DNA of 64,000 bases, taken from IMG/VR virus record IMGVR_UViG_3300035520_000350, positions 160,466 to 224,465 of that record; one strand, given 5' to 3'. The first letter of the stretch is position 1. Every line of letters begins with the position of its first letter. The position numbers and the translations under genes were made by a program. The notes below the pieces were generated by a model. The model ran no database searches. It had not been told where the DNA came from and was given only the letters and a program-made list of their open reading frames with translations. Source of the DNA: a virus (lineage: Duplodnaviria; Heunggongvirae; Uroviricota; Caudoviricetes). Shown piece by piece: positions 39,022 to 48,490 of this stretch.

Positions 39022-41727
39022 ATGAGATTTACATATATCAAAATTAAGGGCTACATCGGTATATATAATGGGTTAGGCTTAAATGAACTTGAAATCGACT
39101 TGTCTAAATCTAGACATAGAATTACAGTGATATCTGGAATCAATGGTTGTGGTAAGAGTACTTTACTTAAAGCAATGTCTATACTTCCAGATAGTTCTGA
39201 AAACTTCATACCTGGAGTTAAAGCAGAGAAGGTATTACAACTAGTTGATGATAACAATATCTACGATATTGTTCTAACTTCTGCTCCTACTAAAGGAACA
39301 GCTAGAGGAATATCAAAAGCTACTATCATAAAGAATGGCATTGAATTGAATCCTAATGGAAACATTAGTTCTTATAAAGAGATTATCTTTCAGGAGTTTG
39401 ACTTAGATTCAAACTTCGTTACTTTGTCTAGGTTATCTAGTGACGATAGAGGTTTAGCAGATAAGTCTCCAGCAGAAAGAAAGAAGTTTATGGCTTATAT
39501 AGTAGAGAGTCTTGAGACTTATAATGCTATCTATAAGAATCTTAATAAGAAGTCTTCTATCTTTAAGTCTTATGTAAGTAATCTACATACTAAGATTCAG
39601 AATATAGGAGATGAAGACAACTTAAGAAGTACTCTATCAGCATTAGAGACTAGAAAGACACAGATTAGTTCTACCATGGAATCTTTAAAGAATGCTATAG
39701 TAGAATCACAAACAGTACTGTCTATGAATGATCCTAACGGCACCATGCAAACTCAATATGAAGAAGCAGAGAAGACAGTAAAGGATCTACAGAGTAGAGT
39801 AGATAGTAGTTATAAAGAGTTCTCTAAATTATGTAGTAGTATAAGTGTAGAGAACACCTTAGAGTCAGTATTATCTTTCGTACAAGATAGAAGTTCTCTT
39901 ATTGAAACACATGAGCAGAATATGGAAGACTCTAATAGAAAGAAGGTTAGCTTTATTGATAAGAGAGAATCTCTAGTATCAGAGATTAACTCTAAGCAAC
40001 TTAAGATAGATAACCTTAGTAAAGGAGTAGATCCTACATTACTTCCTGCTATAAAGAATCTTAGAAGTAAGATAGAAGTAGAAGAATCTGTACTGAAAGA
40101 TATAGGAGTTATAGATCCAGACAATACTTCTAAGGAAGAGTTACAACTTACCTTTGAATGTATTCAGAGTATCATTAGACTCATAGTAGATAACCTCTAC
40201 ATAGATTTGACAGATGGTATGATGAATGATATACTTAGTTTCTCTAAGTCAGACTACATCAAGTTAGAAGTAGAGATAAAGAAGCAAAGTGAGTTAGTAG
40301 TTCAGTTACATGAGCAAGCTAAAGATGTACAAAGAGATTCTGAGATTATATCTCTATTGTCTAATAGACCTAAGGGATGTAAGATAGATAACTGTTACTT
40401 CATTGGGGCAGCTTATAATCTTAAGAATGATAAGTATAAAGGAGTATCTATAGAGAATGCTATAGAACAATCTGCTTTAGAACTATCCGAAGCAGTAACT
40501 AAGCAAACTGATATGAGTAATACTCTTGAGTATTTATCTATAATAGCTCAAAAGAGAGATGTTCTTGATCATATTAGATCTCTTATTGATATGAATAAAA
40601 GTATCTTACAGAAGTCTCTTATAGGAAAGAATCTAGTAGATACATTCGAAACTAGAATAGCTTCCTTAAATTCTTTCAATGAGTTCAAAGATCTTGATGA
40701 GATCATCAGTAAGATAAATACTATAAGTATCTATAAGAAAGATGTATCATCACTGAAAGCATTAGAGACATCTTGGATAGCTCAGAGTAACTCTGAATCT
40801 ATGATACAGGAATTGACTATTGAAGTGGAACAGTTACAGACTACATTAGCTCAAGTCAATAAAGATATATCTGCTATCACTAACGAGATCTATAAGTATA
40901 CACAGATACTTGCTACATTGAGAACTGATTATCAAGTAGCTTCTAAAGCAAAAGAGAAAGGTGATATCTGGATAGATGAATCTATGAGATTACAAGAGGC
41001 TACAAATGCATTTAATGAGATAGTAAAGAAGAGTCAAGCTTCTATAACTATCTTGGAGAAGATTAGTTCTATGACTGCTCAGTTACAACAGCTCCAGACT
41101 CAAGTACAACCATTAGAAGATCAGATATCTAGAGTCAATGGCCAACTGTTGTTACTTGAATCATATAAGCAGGAGTATAGTATGTACTCTAGTAAATATG
41201 AGATGGTAGATACTTTAAAGAAGTATAGTTCTCCTACTGGTGGTATACAGACATTGTTTATGAGTATCTATATGAACAAGACTCTTGAGTTAGCTAATCA
41301 GGTATTGTCTATGGTATTCGGAGATCAGTACAGGATACTTGATTACGTTATAAATGCTAATGAGTTTAGAATACCTTTTGTAGGTGGAGGAATGGTAGTA
41401 GATGATATATCTTCTGGCTCTACTTCTCAGGTATGTATGATGGGTTTAGCAATGAATCTTGTCTTACTGTATCAAGCTTCTACTAGATACAATATCACTA
41501 GACTTGATGAGATAGATGGCGGACTTGATACTAGAAATAGATTAGAGTTTGTCAATGCTTTATATGAGGTAATTGATATCCTCAATATAGATCAGTTGTT
41601 TATCATCTCTCATTCATTAGAGCTTGAATTATCTAATGTAGATATGATAAGACTTAAAATGTATGACAGCTATGAATCACCAGAAGGTAATGTTCTGTAT
41701 GATTTCCAGTCATCAACATTAGAATAA
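39022..41727 (+). CDS. sbcC: SbcC/Rad50-like SMC ATPase
   Basis: Walker A GINGCGKST, long coiled coil with central CKIDNC hook, ISSG signature, LDEIDGGLD, IISH; GACA-N6-TAAT promoter variant at 38986. Confidence 0.88.
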   Translation: MRFTYIKIKGYIGIYNGLGLNELEIDLSKSRHRITVISGINGCGKSTLLKAMSILPDSSENFIPGVKAEKVLQLVDDNNIYDIVLTSAPTKGTARGISKATIIKNGIELNPNGNISSYKEIIFQEFDLDSNFVTLSRLSSDDRGLADKSPAERKKFMAYIVESLETYNAIYKNLNKKSSIFKSYVSNLHTKIQNIGDEDNLRSTLSALETRKTQISSTMESLKNAIVESQTVLSMNDPNGTMQTQYEEAEKTVKDLQSRVDSSYKEFSKLCSSISVENTLESVLSFVQDRSSLIETHEQNMEDSNRKKVSFIDKRESLVSEINSKQLKIDNLSKGVDPTLLPAIKNLRSKIEVEESVLKDIGVIDPDNTSKEELQLTFECIQSIIRLIVDNLYIDLTDGMMNDILSFSKSDYIKLEVEIKKQSELVVQLHEQAKDVQRDSEIISLLSNRPKGCKIDNCYFIGAAYNLKNDKYKGVSIENAIEQSALELSEAVTKQTDMSNTLEYLSIIAQKRDVLDHIRSLIDMNKSILQKSLIGKNLVDTFETRIASLNSFNEFKDLDEIISKINTISIYKKDVSSLKALETSWIAQSNSESMIQELTIEVEQLQTTLAQVNKDISAITNEIYKYTQILATLRTDYQVASKAKEKGDIWIDESMRLQEATNAFNEIVKKSQASITILEKISSMTAQLQQLQTQVQPLEDQISRVNGQLLLLESYKQEYSMYSSKYEMVDTLKKYSSPTGGIQTLFMSIYMNKTLELANQVLSMVFGDQYRILDYVINANEFRIPFVGGGMVVDDISSGSTSQVCMMGLAMNLVLLYQASTRYNITRLDEIDGGLDTRNRLEFVNALYEVIDILNIDQLFIISHSLELELSNVDMIRLKMYDSYESPEGNVLYDFQSSTLE

Positions 41728-41728
41728 A
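41715..41728 (+). promoter_or_regulatory. late-type promoter AACA-N6-TAA
   Basis: AACA-ttagaa-TAAA overlapping the sbcC stop. Confidence 0.6.
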
Positions 41729-41752
41729 CTTATAAAGGAGGTATACTGTATT

Positions 41753-42016
41753 ATGGTTATCAATTCAAAAGTAGAGGATCTTCATTTGAAGATTGCTGAC
41801 TTAAAACGACAGATTAGATTAACAGATTCGCAGGAGCAGGTTCAGTTACTTGAAGAGGAGATCGAGAAACTCCGGGAGCAGATCAGAAGTATCAACCGGA
41901 AAGAACCGAACGTAGTTCAGGTAAAGGATGCTTCTACAGTAGGAGATAAGATGGAAGCTAGGCTTGCCGGGAAGGTTCTTAGCTCTACTTACTCAAGAGG
42001 AAGAGTTATTCTGTAA
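41753..42016 (+). CDS. small coiled-coil protein
   Basis: 87 aa, AAGGAGG RBS. Confidence 0.7.
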   Translation: MVINSKVEDLHLKIADLKRQIRLTDSQEQVQLLEEEIEKLREQIRSINRKEPNVVQVKDASTVGDKMEARLAGKVLSSTYSRGRVIL

Positions 42017-42025
42017 GAGACAGAT

Positions 42026-42056
42026 GCCAGTAGGACATTATTATAGTCCTACTGGC
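42026..42056. terminator. hairpin between convergent genes
   Basis: GCCAGTAGGAC...GTCCTACTGGC. Confidence 0.7.
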
Positions 42057-42067
42057 TATTATCTGTA

Positions 42068-43144
42068 TTAATACTCGTTAGCAATCTGCTGGTTGATTAC
42101 TACCAATGGATAAGTCTCGTTAAGATTGATATTCTTAGCGATATTGTTCTTAAGATCAATAGTAGTATCTTCCATAAACATCTGATCTCTTACTGGTAAC
42201 CCAGGAACTACCTGACCTGTAGACATATCCATATTCTGGAATGACTTGTTGCCAGTGGCTGCATCAAAGATAACACATAATTTGATATTAGGGTTATCCT
42301 CTAATGACATAAGACGTTGTTCAGGAGTCATGTTGGTTACATAAGAGAGATATCCTGTATCAGGAGCAAATCCTGACTGAGGTGTATCTGTAGATGCCCT
42401 AATGATATTAGGAACACCCATCAATGTTGCATCTGCATTAGTAGGACCAAGAGCAGCTCTGTTGTTTGCATTAGCCGGATTCTGAACAAATGCATTGTAC
42501 ATATCCATTATGTACTTATCATCATTGACGTTCTCTAATGCAGCCTTACGATCTTTCTCTTTCTTGTAATCCATTTCATTGGATTTAGAGATAGCATTAT
42601 TGATTTCTTTGATAGCAGAGATCTTAGTGTTGATAATATCTCCAAGGTTACCAGAAAGACCTACCATAACGTTGTATTTACTCTTAAGAGTACGGTTAGC
42701 TGCTACTGCATCTAACTCATGTTTCACCTGACCAGCAAGCTGATCAATCTGAACCAATGTACCTCTAAGCATATCAGTAGTTTCCTGATATGTATACATA
42801 GTAGGAACATCCTGGTTCTTATCATCGTTTACACCGGCAGCTCCAATGATAGTGCTCTGCTCACTCTTCTTTGGTCTACCTCTTTTCTTTTTTGTAGACG
42901 AATCAAGAACTTCACCTGCATTGTCCACTACAATGTCAGTAGATCTAGGAGTTTCGTTATCCTTAACTACTGTAAACTTGAATCCTCCAGATCTAATATT
43001 TGCTTCACTAGGTGGAGTGGAATAAGTTGATCTAACCTGCTGTTGAGCAGATTGCATTTGACTCATAGTCTGAGGATTCATCTGGTTTGGTTGTAATGGT
43101 TGCATAGTGAGGTCACTGTTATAATATGGGCTATTATAGTACAT
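42068..43144 (-). CDS. hypothetical protein with AT-hook-like motif and coiled coil
   Basis: Q/P/M-rich N-terminus, KKKRGRPKK; AAGGAGG RBS; CACA-N6-TAAA promoter variant at 43165-43178. Confidence 0.8.
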   Translation of the reverse strand: MYYNSPYYNSDLTMQPLQPNQMNPQTMSQMQSAQQQVRSTYSTPPSEANIRSGGFKFTVVKDNETPRSTDIVVDNAGEVLDSSTKKKRGRPKKSEQSTIIGAAGVNDDKNQDVPTMYTYQETTDMLRGTLVQIDQLAGQVKHELDAVAANRTLKSKYNVMVGLSGNLGDIINTKISAIKEINNAISKSNEMDYKKEKDRKAALENVNDDKYIMDMYNAFVQNPANANNRAALGPTNADATLMGVPNIIRASTDTPQSGFAPDTGYLSYVTNMTPEQRLMSLEDNPNIKLCVIFDAATGNKSFQNMDMSTGQVVPGLPVRDQMFMEDTTIDLKNNIAKNINLNETYPLVVINQQIANEY

Positions 43145-43237
43145 AGACTTGTACCTCCTTATTTTTTATACTTATGTGACACGGTTAGAAAAATAACCAT
43201 ACCAAAACTTCCAATTAAAAGAGAAAGGAGAGAATGT

Positions 43238-44743
43238 ATGATTATTAATGGATACGAATCTGGATCTGATATAACGATAATGAATACTATGTATACATTT
43301 CCACAGAGAGATCCAGATACTGGCAAACGTATTGATGATTTCTTAGTCATTGTCTATAAAGACAATAAGACAGGTAAGAAGAATCATCAGGTAATATGGA
43401 AACCGGATTATACTTTCTACTTTACTAAAGAAGGAGTTCCTGTACCAGATCATCCTCTATTCTTTATAGAGAAAGATAAGGTTAGACCTATTACGGTTCC
43501 ATATAATCAGTTAGACAGAAAGATAGCTGAGTTAACTGATAATATGGATTTCTATCAGTACAATATAGAGAACCGTAATAGGAGAGAAAATAGGAAACTC
43601 CATACTGATCCTAGATTGTTCTACTCCGATGTGAACATTGAGGATCAATATAGATACTTCTTCTCCAAAGAGTATACTAATAATATCACTAAACTTCATA
43701 AAGCATTCTATGATATAGAGTGTGATACTAAGTATATGGCTGGTGATTTTGTAGAGTCTGGGGAATGCCCTATCAATATGGTTTCATTACATGATGAAAC
43801 TCTTGATAGAACTGTAACCTTTATATTGAGAGACAAGAGAAATCCTTTGATTCAACAGTTTGAGAATAAGGTATTGTCTGGAGAGTTCAATGAGAAGACT
43901 ATACATGACTTTGTAGAGAAGAATGTAGGAGGATATAAGCAATCTGTAAGATTAAAGTTAGATAAAACAAGATATAATCTCTTATTCTTTGATAATGAGA
44001 TTGACTTGATAACTGCATTCTTTAGAACAGTTCATAAGTTCAATCCTGATTTCATTGAGGGTTGGAACAGTTCTAACTTCGACTTACAATACTTTATAGA
44101 TAGAATCTATGCTTTAGGATATGAACCTGCAGATATTATGTGTGATCAATCTTGGGAAGTTAGAATAGTAAAGAACTTCATTGATCAGAAAAACATCAAT
44201 GACTTTGCAGAGAGAAGTGATTATACAGTAATATCTGGTAATCCAGTATGGATAGATCAGATGATTCAGTTCTGTTCTAGAAGAAAGAGCAAGATTGGTT
44301 CGTTTACTTCTTTCAAGCTGAATGATATAGCATATGATACAGCAAAGGTTAGGAAGCTTGATTATTCTCATATAACTACAGACTTATCTCAACTTCCTTA
44401 TCTTGACTTTGAAACATTTACTCTGTACAATATCATGGACGTGGTAGCTCAGAAGTGTATAGAAGTAAAGACTCAGGACTTAGAGTATATCTTTTCTAAG
44501 TGTATTGTAAATAACACAATATACAGAAAAGGTCATAGACAGACAGTATACCTTATCAATAGAATGGCTAAGGAGTTTGAGAAGCTTGGCTTTATTATTG
44601 GTAATAATAACAACAAATGGAATGAAGAACCAGAGAAATTTTTAGGTGCATTAGTAGGTGATCCTATGAAGACCAATGATTACTCAAAGATCAAAGTCAA
44701 TGGTCGACCTATAATGGTAGCAGATAATATGATGGACTTCGAT
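43238..44743 (+). CDS. family B DNA polymerase, N-terminal subunit, exon 1
   Basis: ExoI FYDIECD, ExoII GWNSSNFDLQY, ExoIII YNIMDV, FLGALV, ends at motif A MDFD; start 43238 after AAGGAG. Confidence 0.88.
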
Positions 44744-45120
44744 TAACTTATAGTCGCATTATCTAGGAATAGATAGTGAAACACACTTTGAAATAGAGCT
44801 GGGAAAGGCTAATGCTCTCTTGCCTTAATAATAGGAGACGAAAGTCAGAAACAAGTAGAGAGATGGACTATGCTGAGATAAAAGCCTTATATAAATATAA
44901 GGTGCTAAGGTCTATTGACAATGTCTAATCAGCGCTGATGATATTCATCAGCTCAACGACTATCCCTGAAATGGGAGTAGAACTCAAGTGAGTTCAGAGT
45001 GAAGTGAACCCCAATGTCTTATAATAAGATAATGGGTTATGATATAGTCTCATCGTCTAGGTAATACCTAGAGAAGTTCATAAGAGAACTGCATAGATTA
45101 ACGAACTATGTGAAGGAATG
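44744..45120 (+). ncRNA. group I intron (377 nt, no ORF, IA-like) in PolB motif A
   Basis: removal restores DFD|YKSLYPS; P1 CGAU|UA pairs with UAGUCG (U-G at splice site); P10 ACUUAUA pairs with 3' exon UAUAAGU; P7 GACUA/UAGUC; terminal G. Confidence 0.92.
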
Positions 45121-45582
45121 TATAAGTCATTGTATCCTTCTGTTATGGGAGAGTTTAATATTGCACCTAATACACAGATTGGTCGTATTGATATAGATCA
45201 TAAAGTTTATGAGCATGAAAATGCTTATGGACTTGATAAGTATTCTCGTGGTGGCGAGTTCATAGAGAATATGGTAACTGATAACACAATAGAGTTCTGT
45301 AAGAGATGGTTTAATCTTGCTGGTATTATGGAATTCATAGAAGATATGAAAGAGTTTGAAACTTCTCAGTATCAATATGGAGCACCATACCATCAGTTTA
45401 AGAATATAGAATCTGGTTTAATAGAGAATCCTATATATGATCTTAATGGATCAGTAGAGAAAGCTATTGTAGTAGGAGATACTGAAGCTAGAGCTATACT
45501 ATTCTTCGGAACATTGGAACAGAATGGGTTGAGTAGTGATTATGAAACAATCAAAAGTGGAAGTTATAGCAATATATCCTAA
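45121..45582 (+). CDS. family B DNA polymerase, N-terminal subunit, exon 2
   Basis: YKSLYPSVMGEFNIAPNT; ends without motifs B and C (655 aa spliced). Confidence 0.85.
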   Translation, partial: YKSLYPSVMGEFNIAPNTQIGRIDIDHKVYEHENAYGLDKYSRGGEFIENMVTDNTIEFCKRWFNLAGIMEFIEDMKEFETSQYQYGAPYHQFKNIESGLIENPIYDLNGSVEKAIVVGDTEARAILFFGTLEQNGLSSDYETIKSGSYSNIS

Positions 45583-45847
45583 AAGGATGGACGTCAAGGG
45601 GTACAGAAAGTGCTGTGCCCCTAAAGAAACATTTGAAATGGAATTCTCTACTGGGAGCACTGAGTCATTTGATGAACGTAATATATACCATTATAGGGTA
45701 ACATTTTCTTTCTTGAGAGATGGTATAAAAGATACTAAGAATCCTTTTGACTTGGTTTACTTGGTGAACTCAGATGGAATAGAGTATCCATTTGATAAAG
45801 AATCATTCTATGAGAATTTCGTTAAGTGTATAAGAAAGGTTTACTAA
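45536..45847 (+). CDS. hypothetical protein
   Basis: 103 aa ORF overlapping the pol 3' end. Confidence 0.55.
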   Translation: MIMKQSKVEVIAIYPKRMDVKGYRKCCAPKETFEMEFSTGSTESFDERNIYHYRVTFSFLRDGIKDTKNPFDLVYLVNSDGIEYPFDKESFYENFVKCIRKVY

Positions 45848-46431
45848 TCATGATAGATCTTACTGATATTATAAAGAATAGTGTCAGCTCTGTATGCAGA
45901 ACAGCAGAGTTCATATATGTAGTAATAGCTAATGATACTATTATTGTTGATGCGGCTGACACTACGTTATCTATTATTCCTATAGGATTTGAAACTGGTT
46001 TGTATTCTGGGTTTATGTATCCCGGAGATTATACAGTTAATAATCCTGACATATTTCGTTATGTAATGAGTAAGTGGGAATTATATGATAACTTATCAAG
46101 AGTCTCTCCTGTAGAAGGAGAGATCTCTGATCTTAGAGAGGATACTAAGTATGAGTCTTTACTCTCTAGGAAAGCAGACGACGGTGCGGGTAGATACTTA
46201 ATACCCGGTAATGAACTCAATCAGAGTTTCTTATTGTTCGTCTTTACAGGTATGCCTATTCTTAATAAACAGGATAGAATAGGTATAGTGGTAAAACGTA
46301 TAGATTATGGTACTTTACTAATGGAGTATCATATTTATAAAAAGAAGATCAACAAAAACATAGTTCTATACTTTAGAACGTCTGATATGAATAGAAAATT
46401 ATTAGACGAGCAATTTAAGGTAAGGAACTAA
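45826..46431 (+). CDS. hypothetical protein
   Basis: 201 aa ORF; start likely ATG 45850. Confidence 0.7.
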   Translation: MYKKGLLIMIDLTDIIKNSVSSVCRTAEFIYVVIANDTIIVDAADTTLSIIPIGFETGLYSGFMYPGDYTVNNPDIFRYVMSKWELYDNLSRVSPVEGEISDLREDTKYESLLSRKADDGAGRYLIPGNELNQSFLLFVFTGMPILNKQDRIGIVVKRIDYGTLLMEYHIYKKKINKNIVLYFRTSDMNRKLLDEQFKVRN

Positions 46432-46456
46432 CCAAAAGAAAAAGGAGGATTTTAAA

Positions 46457-47364
46457 ATGAGTTACGCAGACGAAGTATTTGTTAAGAATTGTAAGGACAT
46501 TCTTAGCTATGGAACAGACACAAAAGGACAGGCGGTAAGACCGCATTGGAAAGATGGTGAAAGCGCTTACACTATCAAACGTTTCGGTGTTGTTAACCAC
46601 TATGAGCCGGGCTTAGAGTTTCCGGCTTTGACTCTGAGAAAGACTGCTATTAAGTCCGCTATGGATGAGATACTCTGGATCTATCAGAAGAAGTCAAACA
46701 ACGTACATGATCTTGCAACCCATATCTGGGATGCATGGCAGATGAGAGTGGTACAATCGGTAAGGCTTATGGTTATCAGGTCGGTAAGAGATATAAGCAT
46801 CATAAGTACAAAGAAGGTGAAGGCTTGGAACAGCTTAAGGAATATCCTTCCGCTGTAATGAAAGATGGTTACGTTGAGCTGGATCAGATGGATGCAGTAC
46901 TCTATGATCTGAAGCATACTCCGTTCGGCCGGAGAATCATGATCTCTCTTTGGAACTTTGAAGATCTTCATGCAATGGGATTACAGCCGTGCTGCTGGAA
47001 TATTACGTTTAACGTAACGGACGAGCATAAGGACAAGCTGGTGTTGAATATGATCCTTAACCAGCGTAGTCAGGATACATTGGCAGCAAACAACTGGAAT
47101 GTGGTACAGTACTCTATCCTTCTGATGATGGTTGCTCAGGCTGTAGATATGATTCCGGGAGAACTCGTTCATATGCTGGCTGACATGCATATCTATGACC
47201 GTCATGTGGATACCATTAAGGAGCTTATTTCAAGAGAGCAGTATGAAGCTCCTGTTGTAACTCTGAATCCGGAAGTAAAGAACTTCTATGATTTTACAAC
47301 CAATGATATCACTGTTGAGGGATACAAGGCAGGAGAACAGGTGCATTTTGAAGTGGCAGAATAA
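46457..47364 (+). CDS. thyA: thymidylate synthase, interrupted by a 1-nt frameshift at ~46738
   Basis: EFPALTLRK, EILW, HIWDAW/ADESGTIGKAYGYQ, LQPCC, QRSQD, HIYDRH; adding one G (TGG GCA) gives a 302 aa protein. Confidence 0.88.
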
Positions 47365-47375
47365 GGAGAGACATC

Positions 47376-47912
47376 ATGATTAGCATTATAGCTTGTATTG
47401 ACAGTATGAGAGGTATTGGTAAGAATAACCAGTTACTCTTTCATATACCAGAAGACATGAGACGTTTCAGAACCATAACGATGGGTAAAACCATCGTTAT
47501 GGGTTACAACACAGCAGTAAGCTTACCTAACAGAAGTCCTTTAAAAGGAAGACGTAATATGGTTATTAGTCATAACCATACTTTCTTACCGTTAGGATTT
47601 GAACTCACAAACATAGATGAAGTTATCAGTAAGTATGAGAACTCTGATGAAGAGATATTTGTTATAGGAGGAGCTAGTATCTATAAGCAGTTATTACCTT
47701 ACACCAAGAAGTTATACTTGACAGAAGTACAGGCTAATGATATTACTGCAGATACATACTTCCCTGATATAAATACTCCTGATGAAAAGTGGTTACTTGA
47801 TACCACTACTCTTGTTTGTGGCAGTCATAACGGTGTAAAGTATACCATGAAAGTATACAACAGGGATGAGAGTTATGTAGGTCAAAAATCATTAGTTGGA
47901 GGAGCAGTATAA
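47376..47912 (+). CDS. folA: dihydrofolate reductase
   Basis: GIGKNNQL, EDMRRF, VMGYNT, PLKGRRN, IGGASIY, ADTYFP. Confidence 0.92.
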   Translation: MISIIACIDSMRGIGKNNQLLFHIPEDMRRFRTITMGKTIVMGYNTAVSLPNRSPLKGRRNMVISHNHTFLPLGFELTNIDEVISKYENSDEEIFVIGGASIYKQLLPYTKKLYLTEVQANDITADTYFPDINTPDEKWLLDTTTLVCGSHNGVKYTMKVYNRDESYVGQKSLVGGAV

Positions 47913-48490
47913 TGGATGAAACATCAAAAGAAATATCCTTGAATCTCTATATGAGATGTCAGGACTTTACACTTCCGAATCTTGAGAACGTAACTGCTAC
48001 TAGCTTACCTAATCAGGATAACACTCGTCTTAAGACAGATCTTACTCTCAAGTATTATGACGAGAGACATCATGAGACAAGAACCGGAGTGTTTAAAGTA
48101 ATCAGATGGGATACTGGAGATCCTAACCGTGTAATCCTTATGAGTAATAAGTTACACATTATTCTTGTATCTACTCCGGAGCAGGTACTTGATACCAAGC
48201 ATATTCATCATTATCCATTACAGAGATATGATCTTCTCGGAGCATATGTAAAGGATAACTATACAAAAGACAACAAGCAGAATGCTGGTATGATTGTAAG
48301 AGCAGATGCAGGTGGAGATAAGGTACAGGTAGTTTTATCTGAGAACTTCACAAGTGGTGGTAGACTTGTTACTTTAGAGGAAACAAAGTCTGTTATCCAG
48401 ATTACAGACGTAAAGGAAAGAACAGAGGCAGAGTTTGTAGATCTCTGGGAAGATGGATTGGAGGGAGTTATTCTTGAAGCGTTCTCTTAA
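47912..48490 (+). CDS. hypothetical protein
   Basis: TAATG-coupled to folA, GGAGG RBS. Confidence 0.75.
   Translation: MDETSKEISLNLYMRCQDFTLPNLENVTATSLPNQDNTRLKTDLTLKYYDERHHETRTGVFKVIRWDTGDPNRVILMSNKLHIILVSTPEQVLDTKHIHHYPLQRYDLLGAYVKDNYTKDNKQNAGMIVRADAGGDKVQVVLSENFTSGGRLVTLEETKSVIQITDVKERTEAEFVDLWEDGLEGVILEAFS

Noticed and set aside
44744-45120. Intergenic spacer between two polymerase genes with ATG at 45118
   Set aside because: That ATG ends in the intron terminal G; P1, P7 and P10 pairings are present
22617-45120. Homing endonuclease inside either intron or the intein
   Set aside because: Introns are under 400 nt without long ORFs; the intein is 213 aa with no LAGLIDADG or HNH motif
46721-46760. 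Programmed -1 frameshift or intron in thyA
   Set aside because: No slippery heptamer, stimulatory structure or inserted sequence; a single missing base explains it
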